DNA from: Obrimoposthia wandeli
Taxonomy: Eukaryota
DNA length: 64,000 nt
Assembly: GCA_977020255.1 (NCBI GenBank)
Contig: CDROCS010003739.1
Location: forward strand, 1-64,000
Direction of reading: 5' to 3'
A model generated the notes under the pieces. That model was not told where the DNA came from, did no database searches, and saw nothing but the letters and a program-made list of their open reading frames with translations. Below, piece by piece: positions 52,766 through 64,000 of this stretch. Both the position numbers and the translations under genes were made by a program. Positions within the stretch are counted from its first letter, which is position 1, and each line of letters starts with the position of its first letter.

Positions 52766-52862
52766 AATGGTCTCGGATTTGATTCGCACGATTACCCTAA
52801 AGCAAAGAGTGTGATCGGGCAAAAATTCTCGGGGTTATTTTCGGAATATTTAGTGCTTAGGG

Positions 52863-52890
52863 CTTGGTATCCTGAAAAACGACCCAACAT
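52863..52890 (+). promoter_or_regulatory. Degenerate sigma32-like promoter of groESL
   Basis: CTTGGT-N14-CCCAACAT versus consensus CTTGAA-N13/14-CCCCATNT. Confidence 0.4.
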
Positions 52891-52975
52891 GTGTACTTAA
52901 CAGAACAAGTAAGTAACCTCTAGTGTGCTACTTGTTTATATCCCATGGATCTTACCCAATCAGGAGAGACGACCA

Positions 52976-53266
52976 ATGAACATTCGTCCTTTACATGACC
53001 GAGTTATCGTTGAACGCCAAGAAGTTGAATCTAAGTCTGCTGGTGGCATTGTGCTAACTGGTTCTGCTGCCGAAAAATCAACACGTGGTGTTGTACTAGC
53101 TGTAGGCAAAGGCCGTATTCTAGAAAATGGCACAGTTCAAGAGTTGGACGTTAAAGTTGGTGATACCGTTATTTTTGCTGAAGGCTACGGCACTAAGTCA
53201 GAAAAGATTGATGGTAAAGAAGTCCTAATCATGTCTGAAAATGACATCATGGCAATCGTTGAATAA
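52976..53266 (+). CDS. groES: Co-chaperonin GroES
   Basis: [30 protein letters not shown]. Confidence 0.99.
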   Translation: MNIRPLHDRVIVERQEVESKSAGGIVLTGSAAEKSTRGVVLAVGKGRILENGTVQELDVKVGDTVIFAEGYGTKSEKIDGKEVLIMSENDIMAIVE

Positions 53267-53292
53267 TCCATTCACTTTAAATAAATAATTAA

Positions 53293-54960
<1,668 letters not shown>

Positions 54961-55021
54961 TCATCATCCTGTCGTTATTAACAACATGGTGTTGATCATT
55001 GTGCTGTAAATAACCACTGAT

Positions 55022-55052
55022 AAAAAAGAACCCGTCTTATGACGGGTTTTTT
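55022..55052 (+). terminator. groEL terminator, serving as the 5' exon stem-loop for the intron
   Basis: aacccgtc-ttat-gacgggtt followed by a T-tract. Confidence 0.85.
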
Positions 55053-55054
55053 GT

Positions 55055-57184
55055 GTTTGCTCGGCGAAGCCAGCAAACCCGTCTGCTTGAAAGAAAGCAG
55101 AATCACCCAGACTGAGGGGAAGATAATCCGAAACGCAAGGGTTGCCATTGGCCAACGATGAGGTCTGAAGGAAGCGATAGGAAGTTAGAGGTACATAACG
55201 CAAGTGGAACCCATATGTGGCGGGACGATTGGTGGGTAAGTGTCCGCACAGTATCGCTTTGAAGCCGATACTCAGACAAACCAATCACGTGAAAGGGATG
55301 GGATCTCTAATACAGGGACTGGTGCAGTAACCGAGTTTGAAGCATCAACTCCAGCATAAGGCTGGAAGCATAAGCACAAGAGGTGACTCAAGGCTTATGT
55401 TGGTGTGAGGTGGCAGATGAACCCGTAGTAGTGAGTAAGGCTAGGCCTGTGAAAGCCAGTAATGGTGTGGAGGATAAAACTGAACTGACCAGCAGCAACG
55501 TGTTTGCTGGAGCTAACATAGCCGCTGCCAGCGCCAAAGCTATGGCTGCGAGAAGGGGGAAGTAATCATTTAATACACTGAAAAGAAGCGAAAAACCAAA
55601 ACAGGTGCACAAGCTGCCGATTAGGCAGGGGCATCCTCCAATGGCAAAGAGTGAAATCGGCGCGATGGCTAGAGCTGCACATATAGGAGTAGTCATTCCT
55701 ACTCATTGGAGTGCAAGAAGGCGGGCTAAGTGACAGATTGCGAAATGCTAGAACACCTAACTGCGGTGACGAAACAAACCGAACTGACTTGGAAATAGCG
55801 AATGGACAGTGATGTGAGACAGTAACCGTGCGAATATATTACAGCATGCGGACGCCTGCTTTCAATGCAAGCGCTCTATGAGGGATTCAGAAAAGTGTGG
55901 AAAACAAGTTAGGCGCTCCCGGCGTAGACGGGCAGTGCGTGGAAGATTTTGCGCAAGATCTGGAAAGTAACCTCAAACAGTTACTGCTTGAACTGGGTAA
56001 GAAAAGCGGCGGTATCAACCGCAACCCGTTAAGCGCGTCGAGATCCCAAAAGATGACGGCGGCATACGTTTATTGGGGATCCCGCAGTTCGAGATCGAAT
56101 TGTTCAACAATGTCTATCGACCATCATGACCCATCTTCGATCCCGACTTTCATCCATCAAGTTATGGATATCGTCTGGGTAGGAGTTGTCATCAGGCCAT
56201 CGAGTAAAGCCACGATGTTTATACGCCAGTATGGGCGTCGACATGTGGTGGATATGGATCTGTCGAAATGCTTTGATATGCTCGATCGCGACCTGATCAT
56301 CCAATCAGTCAAACGACGTATCACAGACGCAGTATTCTATGCCGAGGCTGATAGACCTGAAAAAGTGGGGTCATGATAGGTGCACGGTTGGCAGAAAAGT
56401 GAGCTGGGAAGCCCACAAGGTGGCGTGTTCAGTCCACTGCTTGCCAATATTTATCTCGATGCCTTTGATCAAGACATGAAGAAGCGAAATCACCGAATAG
56501 TGCGCTACGCTGACGATATTCTGATCTTGTGCTGCACGCAAGCTGCCGCCGAGCATGCGAGAAAAGTCGCCAGTCATATCTTGGAAAAGCAACTGAAGCT
56601 AACAGTGAATGAACGCAAAACTCATATCGCCCACAGTGACGAAGGGGTTAAATTTCTTGGCGTTGTGATAGGGACACACTCTACACGGATACAAGAAAAG
56701 AAGTTCAACCACTTTAAAGCCAAAGTAAAGCGGCTCACCCGACGAAACAGTGGAAAGAACTTAGCCATGGTGCTTAAAGAACTGAATCCTGTTTTGAGAG
56801 GAACCGTCAACTACTTTAAGATAGCGAATATAAGCCGAAAGTTAACCCAATTAGCGGGATGGATAAGGCGTAGGCTGAGGCGTTTACAATTAAAGTTGTG
56901 GAAGAAGCCGATGAAACTGCATCGGAGATTGAAACAGCTTGGTTATAAGCCGCCATTCAAGTTTATGACGATGGACTCATGGAAAAATGCCGCGAGTCCA
57001 TTATCCCACTATGCCATGCCGAATCAATGGTTCAAGGAAATTGGCTTATATGCGATAGACGAAGTGAAAACAGGGATCTTGCTCCCTGTAAGATAGGGAA
57101 TAGAAGACTACAGGAGCCGTATACGAGGTCCGTACGTACGGTTCTGTGAGAGGGATGAGGCGGTAACGCCTCACCCTACTCGAT
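55055..57184 (+). mobile_element. Group II intron, class C (IIC)-like, about 2130 nt
   Basis: 5' GTTTGCTCGGC aligns with the IIC start GUGUGCCCGGC. IIC domain IC motif AACGCAAGGGT..TCTGAAGGAAGCG at 55132-55176. Short DV GAGCCGTATACG-AGGTC-CGTACGTACGGTTC at 57114-57144. DVI ends CCCTACTCGAT. Inserted just downstream of a terminator stem. Confidence 0.9.
55828..57096 (+). pseudogene. Intron-encoded reverse transcriptase/maturase (RT-X, no endonuclease), frameshifted
   Basis: GAPGVDG, YQPQPVKRVEIPK..GG.RLLGIP, VRDRIVQQ, F.P.SYGYR.GRSCHQA and VVDMDLSKCFD are spread over at least six frame changes. PQGG, YADD and domain X are intact in 56380-57096. Confidence 0.9.
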
Positions 57185-57205
57185 ACCTGTAACATTATAT
57201 TGTGA

Positions 57206-57364
57206 TTATTCCATAGTGTAAGTATCGATTCTGCAATAGCCACACAGCCCCGCAATTATACCAATCAAGATCAGTATCAATATTCGGCGTAAGTACCTTG
57301 CCAACAAGGCGCTAATCGTTGTAAATAGGATAATGCTAAGCTATAAAAACAATGACAGGCTCAT
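57206..57364 (-). pseudogene. Possible small two-TM membrane protein with an in-frame TAG at codon 8
   Basis: MSLSLFL*LSIILFTTISALLARYLRRILILILIGIIAGLCGYCRIDTYTME*. Confidence 0.4.
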
Positions 57365-57987
57365 CAGTGAAATTTCTCAAAAAGCTGCACGGAAAATAAT
57401 TACGTTTAAAAACAGCAGCTTACGATGTTGATTTTAGCCTTTAATTTCCAGTATCAATTGTGATCACCTTTTTGCTGTATTTTGCCCATAAACACGTACG
57501 TTATTTATTTGCATAAAGTATGCCTGTGTTCTATTCCTATGGCAGGCATAAAATATAGCCGCCCCTTTGCTTTGAAAAAAGCTCAAAAAGCAGTACGCAT
57601 TTTTACTCATTTAAAATCAATGAGTTAATGGCTTTGTTTTGTATTTTTAGTAATGTGCGATTTTAGTTCACCTTTTAGGTGTGAATTATCAGGTTTTCTG
57701 TACTAGGCTTGCTTTGGGGTTGCCTGTGTATTAATGATTATGTTTGGTTCACATTGAAATTAGCTGGAAAAGCTGTACGCGAAATAAATATAATTAATAT
57801 CAATGACTTATGTGCGCGGGGGAGGTTGTTCATTATAGGTTGTATTCTCGGTCACCTTTTTGCTGTTTTTTGTCGCCCTAGGTGTACGATAAGTTTGGGC
57901 GTGGTCGTTAATTGATGAGTTACAGCTAAAACAAGAGAGAAAATATTAAGTGGAGTGTTTCGGAAGAGGGTTACGATGTGTAAAAAA

Positions 57988-58013
57988 GAAAAGCAGCCAG
58001 TAACAGCTGCTTT
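57988..58013 (-). terminator. rimK terminator
   Basis: aaaagcagc-cagtaaca-gctgctttt. Confidence 0.7.
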
Positions 58014-58062
58014 TAATTAGATCGAATAGTAAGGCACTCGTCGATAACGTTGAGGCTAACTT

Positions 58063-58968
58063 TTACTGATGCTGTAAATGACGGCGATTTTTCTTTGCGG
58101 CATTTTTTTCGATATATTCGATAATCATACCGGCAATGTCTTTTTCTGTTGCCGCTTCAATACCTTCAAGACCAGGTGATGAGTTAACTTCCATAATGAG
58201 TGGGCCGCGTTCAGAGCGAAGTAAATCGACCCCTGCAACGCTTAACCCCATCGCTTTTGCTGCTGCTACTGCTGTTTTGCGTTCTTCTGGTGTAATGCGT
58301 ACCAGAGATGCGCTACCACCACGGTGTAAATTCGAACGGAACTCACCATCAGCGGCTTGGCGTTTCATGGCAGCAATGACTTTATCGCCAATCACGAAAC
58401 AGCGAATATCAGCACCGCCCGCTTCTTTAATGTATTCCTGTACCATGATGTTGGCTTTTAGCCCCATAAAAGCTTCAATAACACTTTCTGCCGCCGTTTG
58501 GGTTTCGGCTAGCACGACACCAATACCTTGAGTGCCTTCTAATAATTTAATGACGAGTGGCGCACCACCAACCATTTTTATTAAATCGGGTACATCGTCT
58601 GGCTTGCTGGCAAAACCGGTAATCGGCATGCCTACGCCTTTACGACTTAATAATTGTAAAGAGCGTAGCTTGTCACGAGAACGTGAAATGGCAATCGACT
58701 GATTTACCGAGAACACATCCATCATTTCAAATTGACGTAATACCGAACAGCCATAAAATGTTATGTCGGCACCAATACGTGGAATGATGGCGTCAAAACC
58801 CGTTAAATCATTACCTTCAAAATGAATAGAAGGCTGCACCGAGTTAATATTCATATAACAACGCAGGGCATTAATGATAACCGCTTCATGACCACGAGCT
58901 TCACACGCTTCACGTAAACGGCGGGTTGAGTATAGGGTATCGTTCTGGGACAAAATGCCAATTTTCAT
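58063..58968 (-). CDS. rimK: Ribosomal protein S6--L-glutamate ligase
   Basis: [52 protein letters not shown]. Confidence 0.97.
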   Translation of the reverse strand: MKIGILSQNDTLYSTRRLREACEARGHEAVIINALRCYMNINSVQPSIHFEGNDLTGFDAIIPRIGADITFYGCSVLRQFEMMDVFSVNQSIAISRSRDKLRSLQLLSRKGVGMPITGFASKPDDVPDLIKMVGGAPLVIKLLEGTQGIGVVLAETQTAAESVIEAFMGLKANIMVQEYIKEAGGADIRCFVIGDKVIAAMKRQAADGEFRSNLHRGGSASLVRITPEERKTAVAAAKAMGLSVAGVDLLRSERGPLIMEVNSSPGLEGIEAATEKDIAGMIIEYIEKNAAKKNRRHLQHQ

Positions 58969-59144
58969 TGCGTTTCTCGCGACTTATAAAAGGTGATATG
59001 GGGTCAGTGTGGGAAGTTTGGCGAACTTCAATTTGCTGAAGTATAGCAATACTGAATAAGCGGCGACTATGCTCTTTATCGATAAAAAAATCGAGATATG
59101 TGGCGATGATATTTTTTTATCGAGTTAATTAAAAGCATTGATTA

Positions 59145-59402
59145 ATGCCTGTTTATAAAGGAGATAAGCTTTTGGGTTATTATGATCAAAAAGCTGCACA
59201 AGCTGTACGGCCTATTAATAACAATGACTTACGTCTTGTTATTTTGAGTCGCCATATTCTTTTTGAGTTGGTTCAGCTTTTTGGTGCTTTATGTTATATA
59301 TTGCGTACAGAGGTAGAGGTGAAGCAATCAACGGTCGTGATAACTTGATGCACCAGCATGTCTTTAAATCAGTACTGGTGCTTAATGGGAAGATTATTCT
59401 AG
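59145..59402 (+). pseudogene. Hypothetical ~85-codon gene interrupted by TGA at 59346, convergent with epmB
   Basis: MPVYKGDKLLGYY..STVVIT* then in-frame [17 protein letters not shown], ending in a 9-nt overlap with the epmB stop. Confidence 0.4.
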
Positions 59403-60416
59403 GTGAAGGTCGAGTGGCGTTTTACTTGTTCGCCCCCCAATTTCGCGTGTTAATTTTGGGACCATATACCCCGACACATTTTGCATTAGACCGGCCATTA
59501 AGCGGCGCGCTTCAGTGTCATCGACCATATAATGAGCAGCACCTTGTACCTTATCTAAAACATGTAAATAATAAGGTTGGATACCTGCGGTAAACAAGGT
59601 TTCGCTAAGCGCAGTAAGTGCCTCAACAGAATCATTAATCCCGCGTAACAACACACCTTGGTTCAGTAGAGTGACATTCACGCGTTTGAGTTTTTTCATG
59701 GCACCAGTAAGATCATTGTTAATCTCATTGGCGTGATTAATATGGGTAACCAGAATCGTTTGTAAGCGGCTATTGCTAATCAATGTACATAACTCATCAG
59801 TAATACGGTTAGGTATGACGACAGGCAAGCGAGTGTGGATACGCAGGCGTTTAATATGAGGGATAGATTCTATGTTATCCAATAACCATGCTAACTCGTG
59901 ATCTTTTGCCATTAATGGGTCACCGCCCGATAAAATGACCTCATTCAACTCTGGGTGTTCAGCAATGTAGTTCAGCGCCGTTTTCCACTGTGTTTTACCG
60001 CCCTTATTATCGCTATAAGGGAAATGACGGCGAAAGCAGTAGCGGCAATTCACCGCACAACCACCTTTCACAATCATTAACGCGCGGTTTTTGTATTTGT
60101 GCAGTAAGCCTGGAATGGCGTTGTCTTGTTCTTCTAAAGGATCGAGAGAATACCCGTCATATACCTCAAATTCCTGCTCTAAAGGCAGAACTTGTCGTAG
60201 CAGTGGATCATAGGGGTTGCCAATTTCCATTCTATCAACAAAGCTCATTGGTACACGTAACGGAAATAATTTTCTCGCGGCTAAGCCCTTTTCCCATGGT
60301 ATGGGATCGATTTTTAGGTTTTTTAGTAGCAGAAAAGGATCTGAAATCGCATTAGCTAGATCATTAAGCCAGTTTTGCTCAACAGTTGAGGCGTTTCGGG
60401 TTATTATATGCGGCAT
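59394..60416 (-). CDS. epmB: EF-P beta-lysylation protein, lysine 2,3-aminomutase-like radical SAM
   Basis: [34 protein letters not shown]. Divergent from efp. Confidence 0.96.
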   Translation of the reverse strand: MPHIITRNASTVEQNWLNDLANAISDPFLLLKNLKIDPIPWEKGLAARKLFPLRVPMSFVDRMEIGNPYDPLLRQVLPLEQEFEVYDGYSLDPLEEQDNAIPGLLHKYKNRALMIVKGGCAVNCRYCFRRHFPYSDNKGGKTQWKTALNYIAEHPELNEVILSGGDPLMAKDHELAWLLDNIESIPHIKRLRIHTRLPVVIPNRITDELCTLISNSRLQTILVTHINHANEINNDLTGAMKKLKRVNVTLLNQGVLLRGINDSVEALTALSETLFTAGIQPYYLHVLDKVQGAAHYMVDDTEARRLMAGLMQNVSGYMVPKLTREIGGRTSKTPLDLHLE

Positions 60417-60450
60417 TAAATACAACTCGAAGATGTGTAAGAGGATAGAA

Positions 60451-61017
60451 ATGGCGTCTTTCAGCACCAATGAATTCCGCAGCGGAATGAAAATTATGCT
60501 AGATAATGAACCTTGTGTCATTACCGAAAACGAATTTGTTAAGCCAGGTAAAGGTCAAGCATTCAGCCGCGTAAAAATCCGTAAGCTACTTTCGGGTAAA
60601 ATTCTTGAAAAAACGTTTAAATCTGGCGAGTCAGTTCAAGCTGCCGATGTAGTCGAGGTTGAACTTGATTACCTATACAGCGACGGTGAATTCTACCACT
60701 TCATGGACAACGTTTCATTTGAGCAGATTGCAGCCGATGTAAAAGCTGTTGGTGATAATGCTAAATGGTTGGTAGAAAACAACACGTGTACGCTAACACT
60801 TTGGAATGGCAATCCTATTATTGTTACCCCACCAAACTTCGTAGAACTAGAAGTGACTGAAACTGATCCTGGCCTAAAAGGCGATACACAGGGTACTGGT
60901 GGTAAGCCTGCAACACTTATAACGGGCGCCGTTGTACGTGTTCCACTGTTCATCCAGATTGGCGAAGTGATCAAAGCTGATACGCGTTCTGGTGAATACG
61001 TAAGCCGTGTGAAGTAA
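60451..61017 (+). CDS. efp: Translation elongation factor P
   Basis: [10 protein letters not shown] (modified Lys), [17 protein letters not shown]. True start at 60451. Confidence 0.98.
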   Translation: MASFSTNEFRSGMKIMLDNEPCVITENEFVKPGKGQAFSRVKIRKLLSGKILEKTFKSGESVQAADVVEVELDYLYSDGEFYHFMDNVSFEQIAADVKAVGDNAKWLVENNTCTLTLWNGNPIIVTPPNFVELEVTETDPGLKGDTQGTGGKPATLITGAVVRVPLFIQIGEVIKADTRSGEYVSRVK

Positions 61018-61260
61018 TATTTACTTTTCAGGTAAAAAAGAAGTCGCTAAGGCGGCTTTTTTTATGCCTGTAATTCAGGCAAATTAATCACGAATTTGGA
61101 TGTAATTACTGGGTTAGGCGGCTTAGGTATTTTAGAAAAAAATCAAAAGCTTGCTGATGTAAGTCAAAATAAAAAGATTCACTAACAATACGCACTTATT
61201 TGACCTATAAAAAAAGCACCGCCTAAGCGGTGCTTTTTACATTCTGTACATCAATGATGA

Positions 61261-61623
61261 TTAAATCATGAATACAAAGATAATTGCTAAAGCTGATACT
61301 AGGAACGCTGTCGCGTAACAAGCGATCTTACCAACCACACCAGTGTGGAATTTAAGATCGTGCATACCATGATGTAGGCGGTGCATTGCATGCCACATTG
61401 GTAGTGCTAGTGTCGCGATAGTAAATAGAGCGCCAATGAAGCTTGTTACAAAGCCTGATACTCGCTCATAGCTCATTGCATCTGCATCAAGTATGCCAAA
61501 TGGCACCATGATACCAAGAACAAGTACAGTAACTGGTGTTAGCATTGCGAACCAAGTACCACCAGCACCAAACAGACCCCACCATACAGGTTCGTCAGAA
61601 CGCTTAGGATTTAGATTTACCAC
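61261..61623 (-). CDS. frdD: Fumarate reductase subunit D
   Basis: [30 protein letters not shown]. Confidence 0.96.
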   Translation of the reverse strand: MVNLNPKRSDEPVWWGLFGAGGTWFAMLTPVTVLVLGIMVPFGILDADAMSYERVSGFVTSFIGALFTIATLALPMWHAMHRLHHGMHDLKFHTGVVGKIACYATAFLVSALAIIFVFMI

Positions 61624-61633
61624 GTGGTTCTCC

Positions 61634-62017
61634 TTAAACTAACACTAGAACGACCAGTGAGATTGCAGCAACTGCAGCCCACTGAGCTAGTACAATAATC
61701 GTCTTATCAAGTTTTTTGCCTTTAATTTTAATCGGCACTACTTGAGGCATCATGCTGAAGAAGGTTTGTGCGTGGAACAAGCTGGCAAGAAGCGCAAGAA
61801 TGTTTAATACCACCACAATTGGGTTAGACATAAAGCTTAACCAACCCGCCCAAGCTTCTGGCCCTTTCACTAGACAACCTAGACCGAACGTCAGGCAGAT
61901 AGTGAAAAAGATCAAAGGTAAAATTGTTGCTTCACGTACCATGTAGAAGCGGTAGAAAGGATCATCTTTCCACCAAGTACGTGTCATTTCGCGAACGTAA
62001 GGTTTACGGTTGCTCAT
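61634..62017 (-). CDS. frdC: Fumarate reductase subunit C
   Basis: [19 protein letters not shown]. Confidence 0.96.
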   Translation of the reverse strand: MSNRKPYVREMTRTWWKDDPFYRFYMVREATILPLIFFTICLTFGLGCLVKGPEAWAGWLSFMSNPIVVVLNILALLASLFHAQTFFSMMPQVVPIKIKGKKLDKTIIVLAQWAAVAAISLVVLVLV

Positions 62018-62019
62018 CC

Positions 62020-62760
62020 TTATGCCTCCTGAGGCTTAATCATGGCAATAATAAAATCTTTAGAAGATTCAACTTTACCTTGGTTAACCGCTGCTGCTGG
62101 ATCGACGCTCTTCGGACAAACTTCAGAACAGTAACCAACAAATGTACAACCCCAAGCGCCGTTTTCGCCGTTAATCAGCTTCATACGCTCTTGAGCACCG
62201 TTATCACGGCTATCTAGGTTGTAGCGGTGTGCTAGTGTCAGTGCAGCAGGACCAATGAATTCAGGGTTCAAACCAAACTGAGGACATGCTGAGTAGCAAA
62301 GACCACAGTTGATACAACCTGCAAATTGCTTGTATTTAGCCATTTGCTCAGGTGTTTGGTTATTCGGACCATCTTCAGGGGTACGGTTGTTACCAATGAT
62401 GTATGGCTTGATAGCTTCAAGACGTTCGATGAACGGCGTCATATCAACAATCAAATCTTTTTCGATAGCAAAGTTAGCCAATGCTTCGATTTTCAGACCA
62501 TTTGGGTATTCACGTAAGAAGGTTTTACAAGCTAACTTAGGTACCTTGTTAACCATCATGCCGCAAGAACCACAGATTGCCATACGGCAAGACCAACGGT
62601 AAGCCAGATCTTTATCTAGGTTATCTTTGATGTAACCCAGTGCATCAAGCACTGACATGGTATCGTTAAACGGTACTTCAAATAGTTCAAAATACGGTTC
62701 TGCGTCTTTTTCTGGATCATAACGCAGGATTTCTACTTTTTGGATGCGATTGCCTGACAT
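62020..62760 (-). CDS. frdB: Fumarate reductase iron-sulfur subunit
   Basis: [38 protein letters not shown]. Confidence 0.98.
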   Translation of the reverse strand: MSGNRIQKVEILRYDPEKDAEPYFELFEVPFNDTMSVLDALGYIKDNLDKDLAYRWSCRMAICGSCGMMVNKVPKLACKTFLREYPNGLKIEALANFAIEKDLIVDMTPFIERLEAIKPYIIGNNRTPEDGPNNQTPEQMAKYKQFAGCINCGLCYSACPQFGLNPEFIGPAALTLAHRYNLDSRDNGAQERMKLINGENGAWGCTFVGYCSEVCPKSVDPAAAVNQGKVESSKDFIIAMIKPQEA

Positions 62761-64000
62761 TATGCCTTCTCCTCTGCTTGCTTTGCTTCAGCGGCTTCTT
62801 TTGCTGCTGCTTCTTCAGCTGCTGCACCGTATAGGCGTGCTTTAGGCTGAGACTTAGTGATTGTCACATCGCTGTATTCAATACGAGGTGCTTTATCACC
62901 GTTGTAGAATGCAAGTGAGTGCTTCAGGTAGTTTACGTCATCACGTTCTGTGCAGTTGTCATCTAGACGTTGGTGTGCACCGCGTGATTCGCGACGAAGA
63001 ATAGCTGAATGAGCCATTGTTTCTGCCACTTCCAGACCGTAACCAATTTCGATGGCATAAAGCAGATCGGTGTTGAATACTTTGCCTTTATCTTTGATGC
63101 TGATCTTCTTATAACGCTCACGAAGCTCTGCTAGTTTATCAACAGTCGCTTGCATTAGAGATTCTTCGCGGTAGATACCACAACCCGCTTCCATGGAGTG
63201 ACCCATTTCAGTACGGATATCAGACCAATTTTCGTCGCCTTCTTGAGACATTAGCGCATCAAGACGATCTTGAACGGCTTGAATCTGCTTAGTGATAGAT
63301 GCTTCATTCCAACCCTTGAATTCTACTGCACGCTTCGCTGCACCTTCACCCGCAAGGCGACCGAATACAACAAGCTCAGCTAGAGAGTTAGAACCTAGAC
63401 GGTTAGCACCGTGAAGACCAACAGATGAACATTCACCGACTGCGAATAAACCAGCAATACGTGTTTCGTTGTTCTTGTCTGTTTCAATACCGCCCATGGT
63501 GTAGTGAACCGTTGGACGAATTGGAATTGGCTCTTCAGCAGGATCGACGTTTACATATGCTTTAGATAATTCACAGATGAACGGTAAGCGTTCATGTAAA
63601 TATTCTTTACCTAGGTGGCGCAAATCAAGGTGAACCACGTCGCCCAATGGGTGCTGGATCGTGTTGCCTTTTTGCTGCTCGTGCCAGAATGCTTGAGAAA
63701 CCTTGTCACGTGGACCAAGTTCCATGTATTTGTTCTTAGGCTCACCGATAGGGGTTTCAGGACCCATACCGTAATCTTGTAGGTAACGGTAGCCATTTTT
63801 GTTTAGCATGATACCGCCTTCACCACGACAACCTTCAGTCATCAAGATGCCAGTACCAGGTAAACCTGTTGGGTGATACTGAACGAATTCCATATCACGT
63901 AGTGGTACACCGTGGCGGAACGCCATAGCCATACCATCACCAGTTACGATGCCGCCGTTCGTATTACAGTTGTAAACACGACCCGCGCCACCTGTTGCTA
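62760..64000 (-). CDS. frdA: Fumarate reductase flavoprotein subunit (5' part outside window)
   Basis: [47 protein letters not shown]. Confidence 0.98.
   Translation of the reverse strand, partial: ATGGAGRVYNCNTNGGIVTGDGMAMAFRHGVPLRDMEFVQYHPTGLPGTGILMTEGCRGEGGIMLNKNGYRYLQDYGMGPETPIGEPKNKYMELGPRDKVSQAFWHEQQKGNTIQHPLGDVVHLDLRHLGKEYLHERLPFICELSKAYVNVDPAEEPIPIRPTVHYTMGGIETDKNNETRIAGLFAVGECSSVGLHGANRLGSNSLAELVVFGRLAGEGAAKRAVEFKGWNEASITKQIQAVQDRLDALMSQEGDENWSDIRTEMGHSMEAGCGIYREESLMQATVDKLAELRERYKKISIKDKGKVFNTDLLYAIEIGYGLEVAETMAHSAILRRESRGAHQRLDDNCTERDDVNYLKHSLAFYNGDKAPRIEYSDVTITKSQPKARLYGAAAEEAAAKEAAEAKQAEEKA

Noticed and set aside
54964-55696. ORFs of 60-106 aa within the intron 5' region
   Set aside because: They overlap structured ribozyme domains on either strand and have no protein motifs.
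55828-57096. Retron, DGR, Abi or CRISPR-associated RT
   Set aside because: RT0 and domain X are present and flanked by group II DV/DVI and a IIC 5' end. No msr-msd, TR/VR or cas genes.
57709-57915. 68-aa ORF in the intron-rimK gap
   Set aside because: TTG start, no SD, AT-rich non-coding character.
59291-59593. 100-aa plus-strand ORF
   Set aside because: Two thirds lies antisense to epmB, and the frame starting at 59145 looks more gene-like.

Overview
A core-chromosome segment (chromosome I type) from a Vibrionaceae bacterium, most likely Photobacterium. The genus is inferred from protein sequences and gene order, not from a search. Order: a decayed IS4 end in a terminator; rsd-nudC-hemE; a UDG-like gene; a 2-hydroxyacid dehydrogenase; yjaG; brnQ; a CNNM/CBS gene; hupA-yjaH; purHD; zntR; ppnP; an accessory malI/malXY + DMT/AraC block; prmA-dusB-fis; yhdT-panF; aroQ-accBC; a contiguous acetate-switch locus (acs, DUF294 nucleotidyltransferase + DEDDh exonuclease, MFS, crbS, SSS transporter + DUF4212, marC, crbR); a degenerate GGDEF protein; dsbD; LysR; aspA-dcuA; fxsA; MATE; groESL followed by a group II (IIC-like) intron; rimK; epmB/efp; frdABCD (frdA truncated by the window end). 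No rRNA, tRNA or CRISPR array was seen. Best leads not shown by the ORF track: (1) a 33-codon Leu/Ile/Val-rich leader peptide with alternative hairpins upstream of brnQ, a candidate attenuator on a branched-chain amino acid transporter; (2) a perfect 28-bp palindrome with a MalI-operator core between the DMT and AraC genes; (3) three CrbR-type boxes that tie the uncharacterised DUF294/exonuclease pair to the acetate regulon, with a 17-bp tandem array in its leader; (4) an oversized IIC-like intron with a GUUUG 5' end, inserted just after the groEL terminator, whose RT gene is broken only in its N-terminal half. All calls were made by eye. No database search or folding computation was run.
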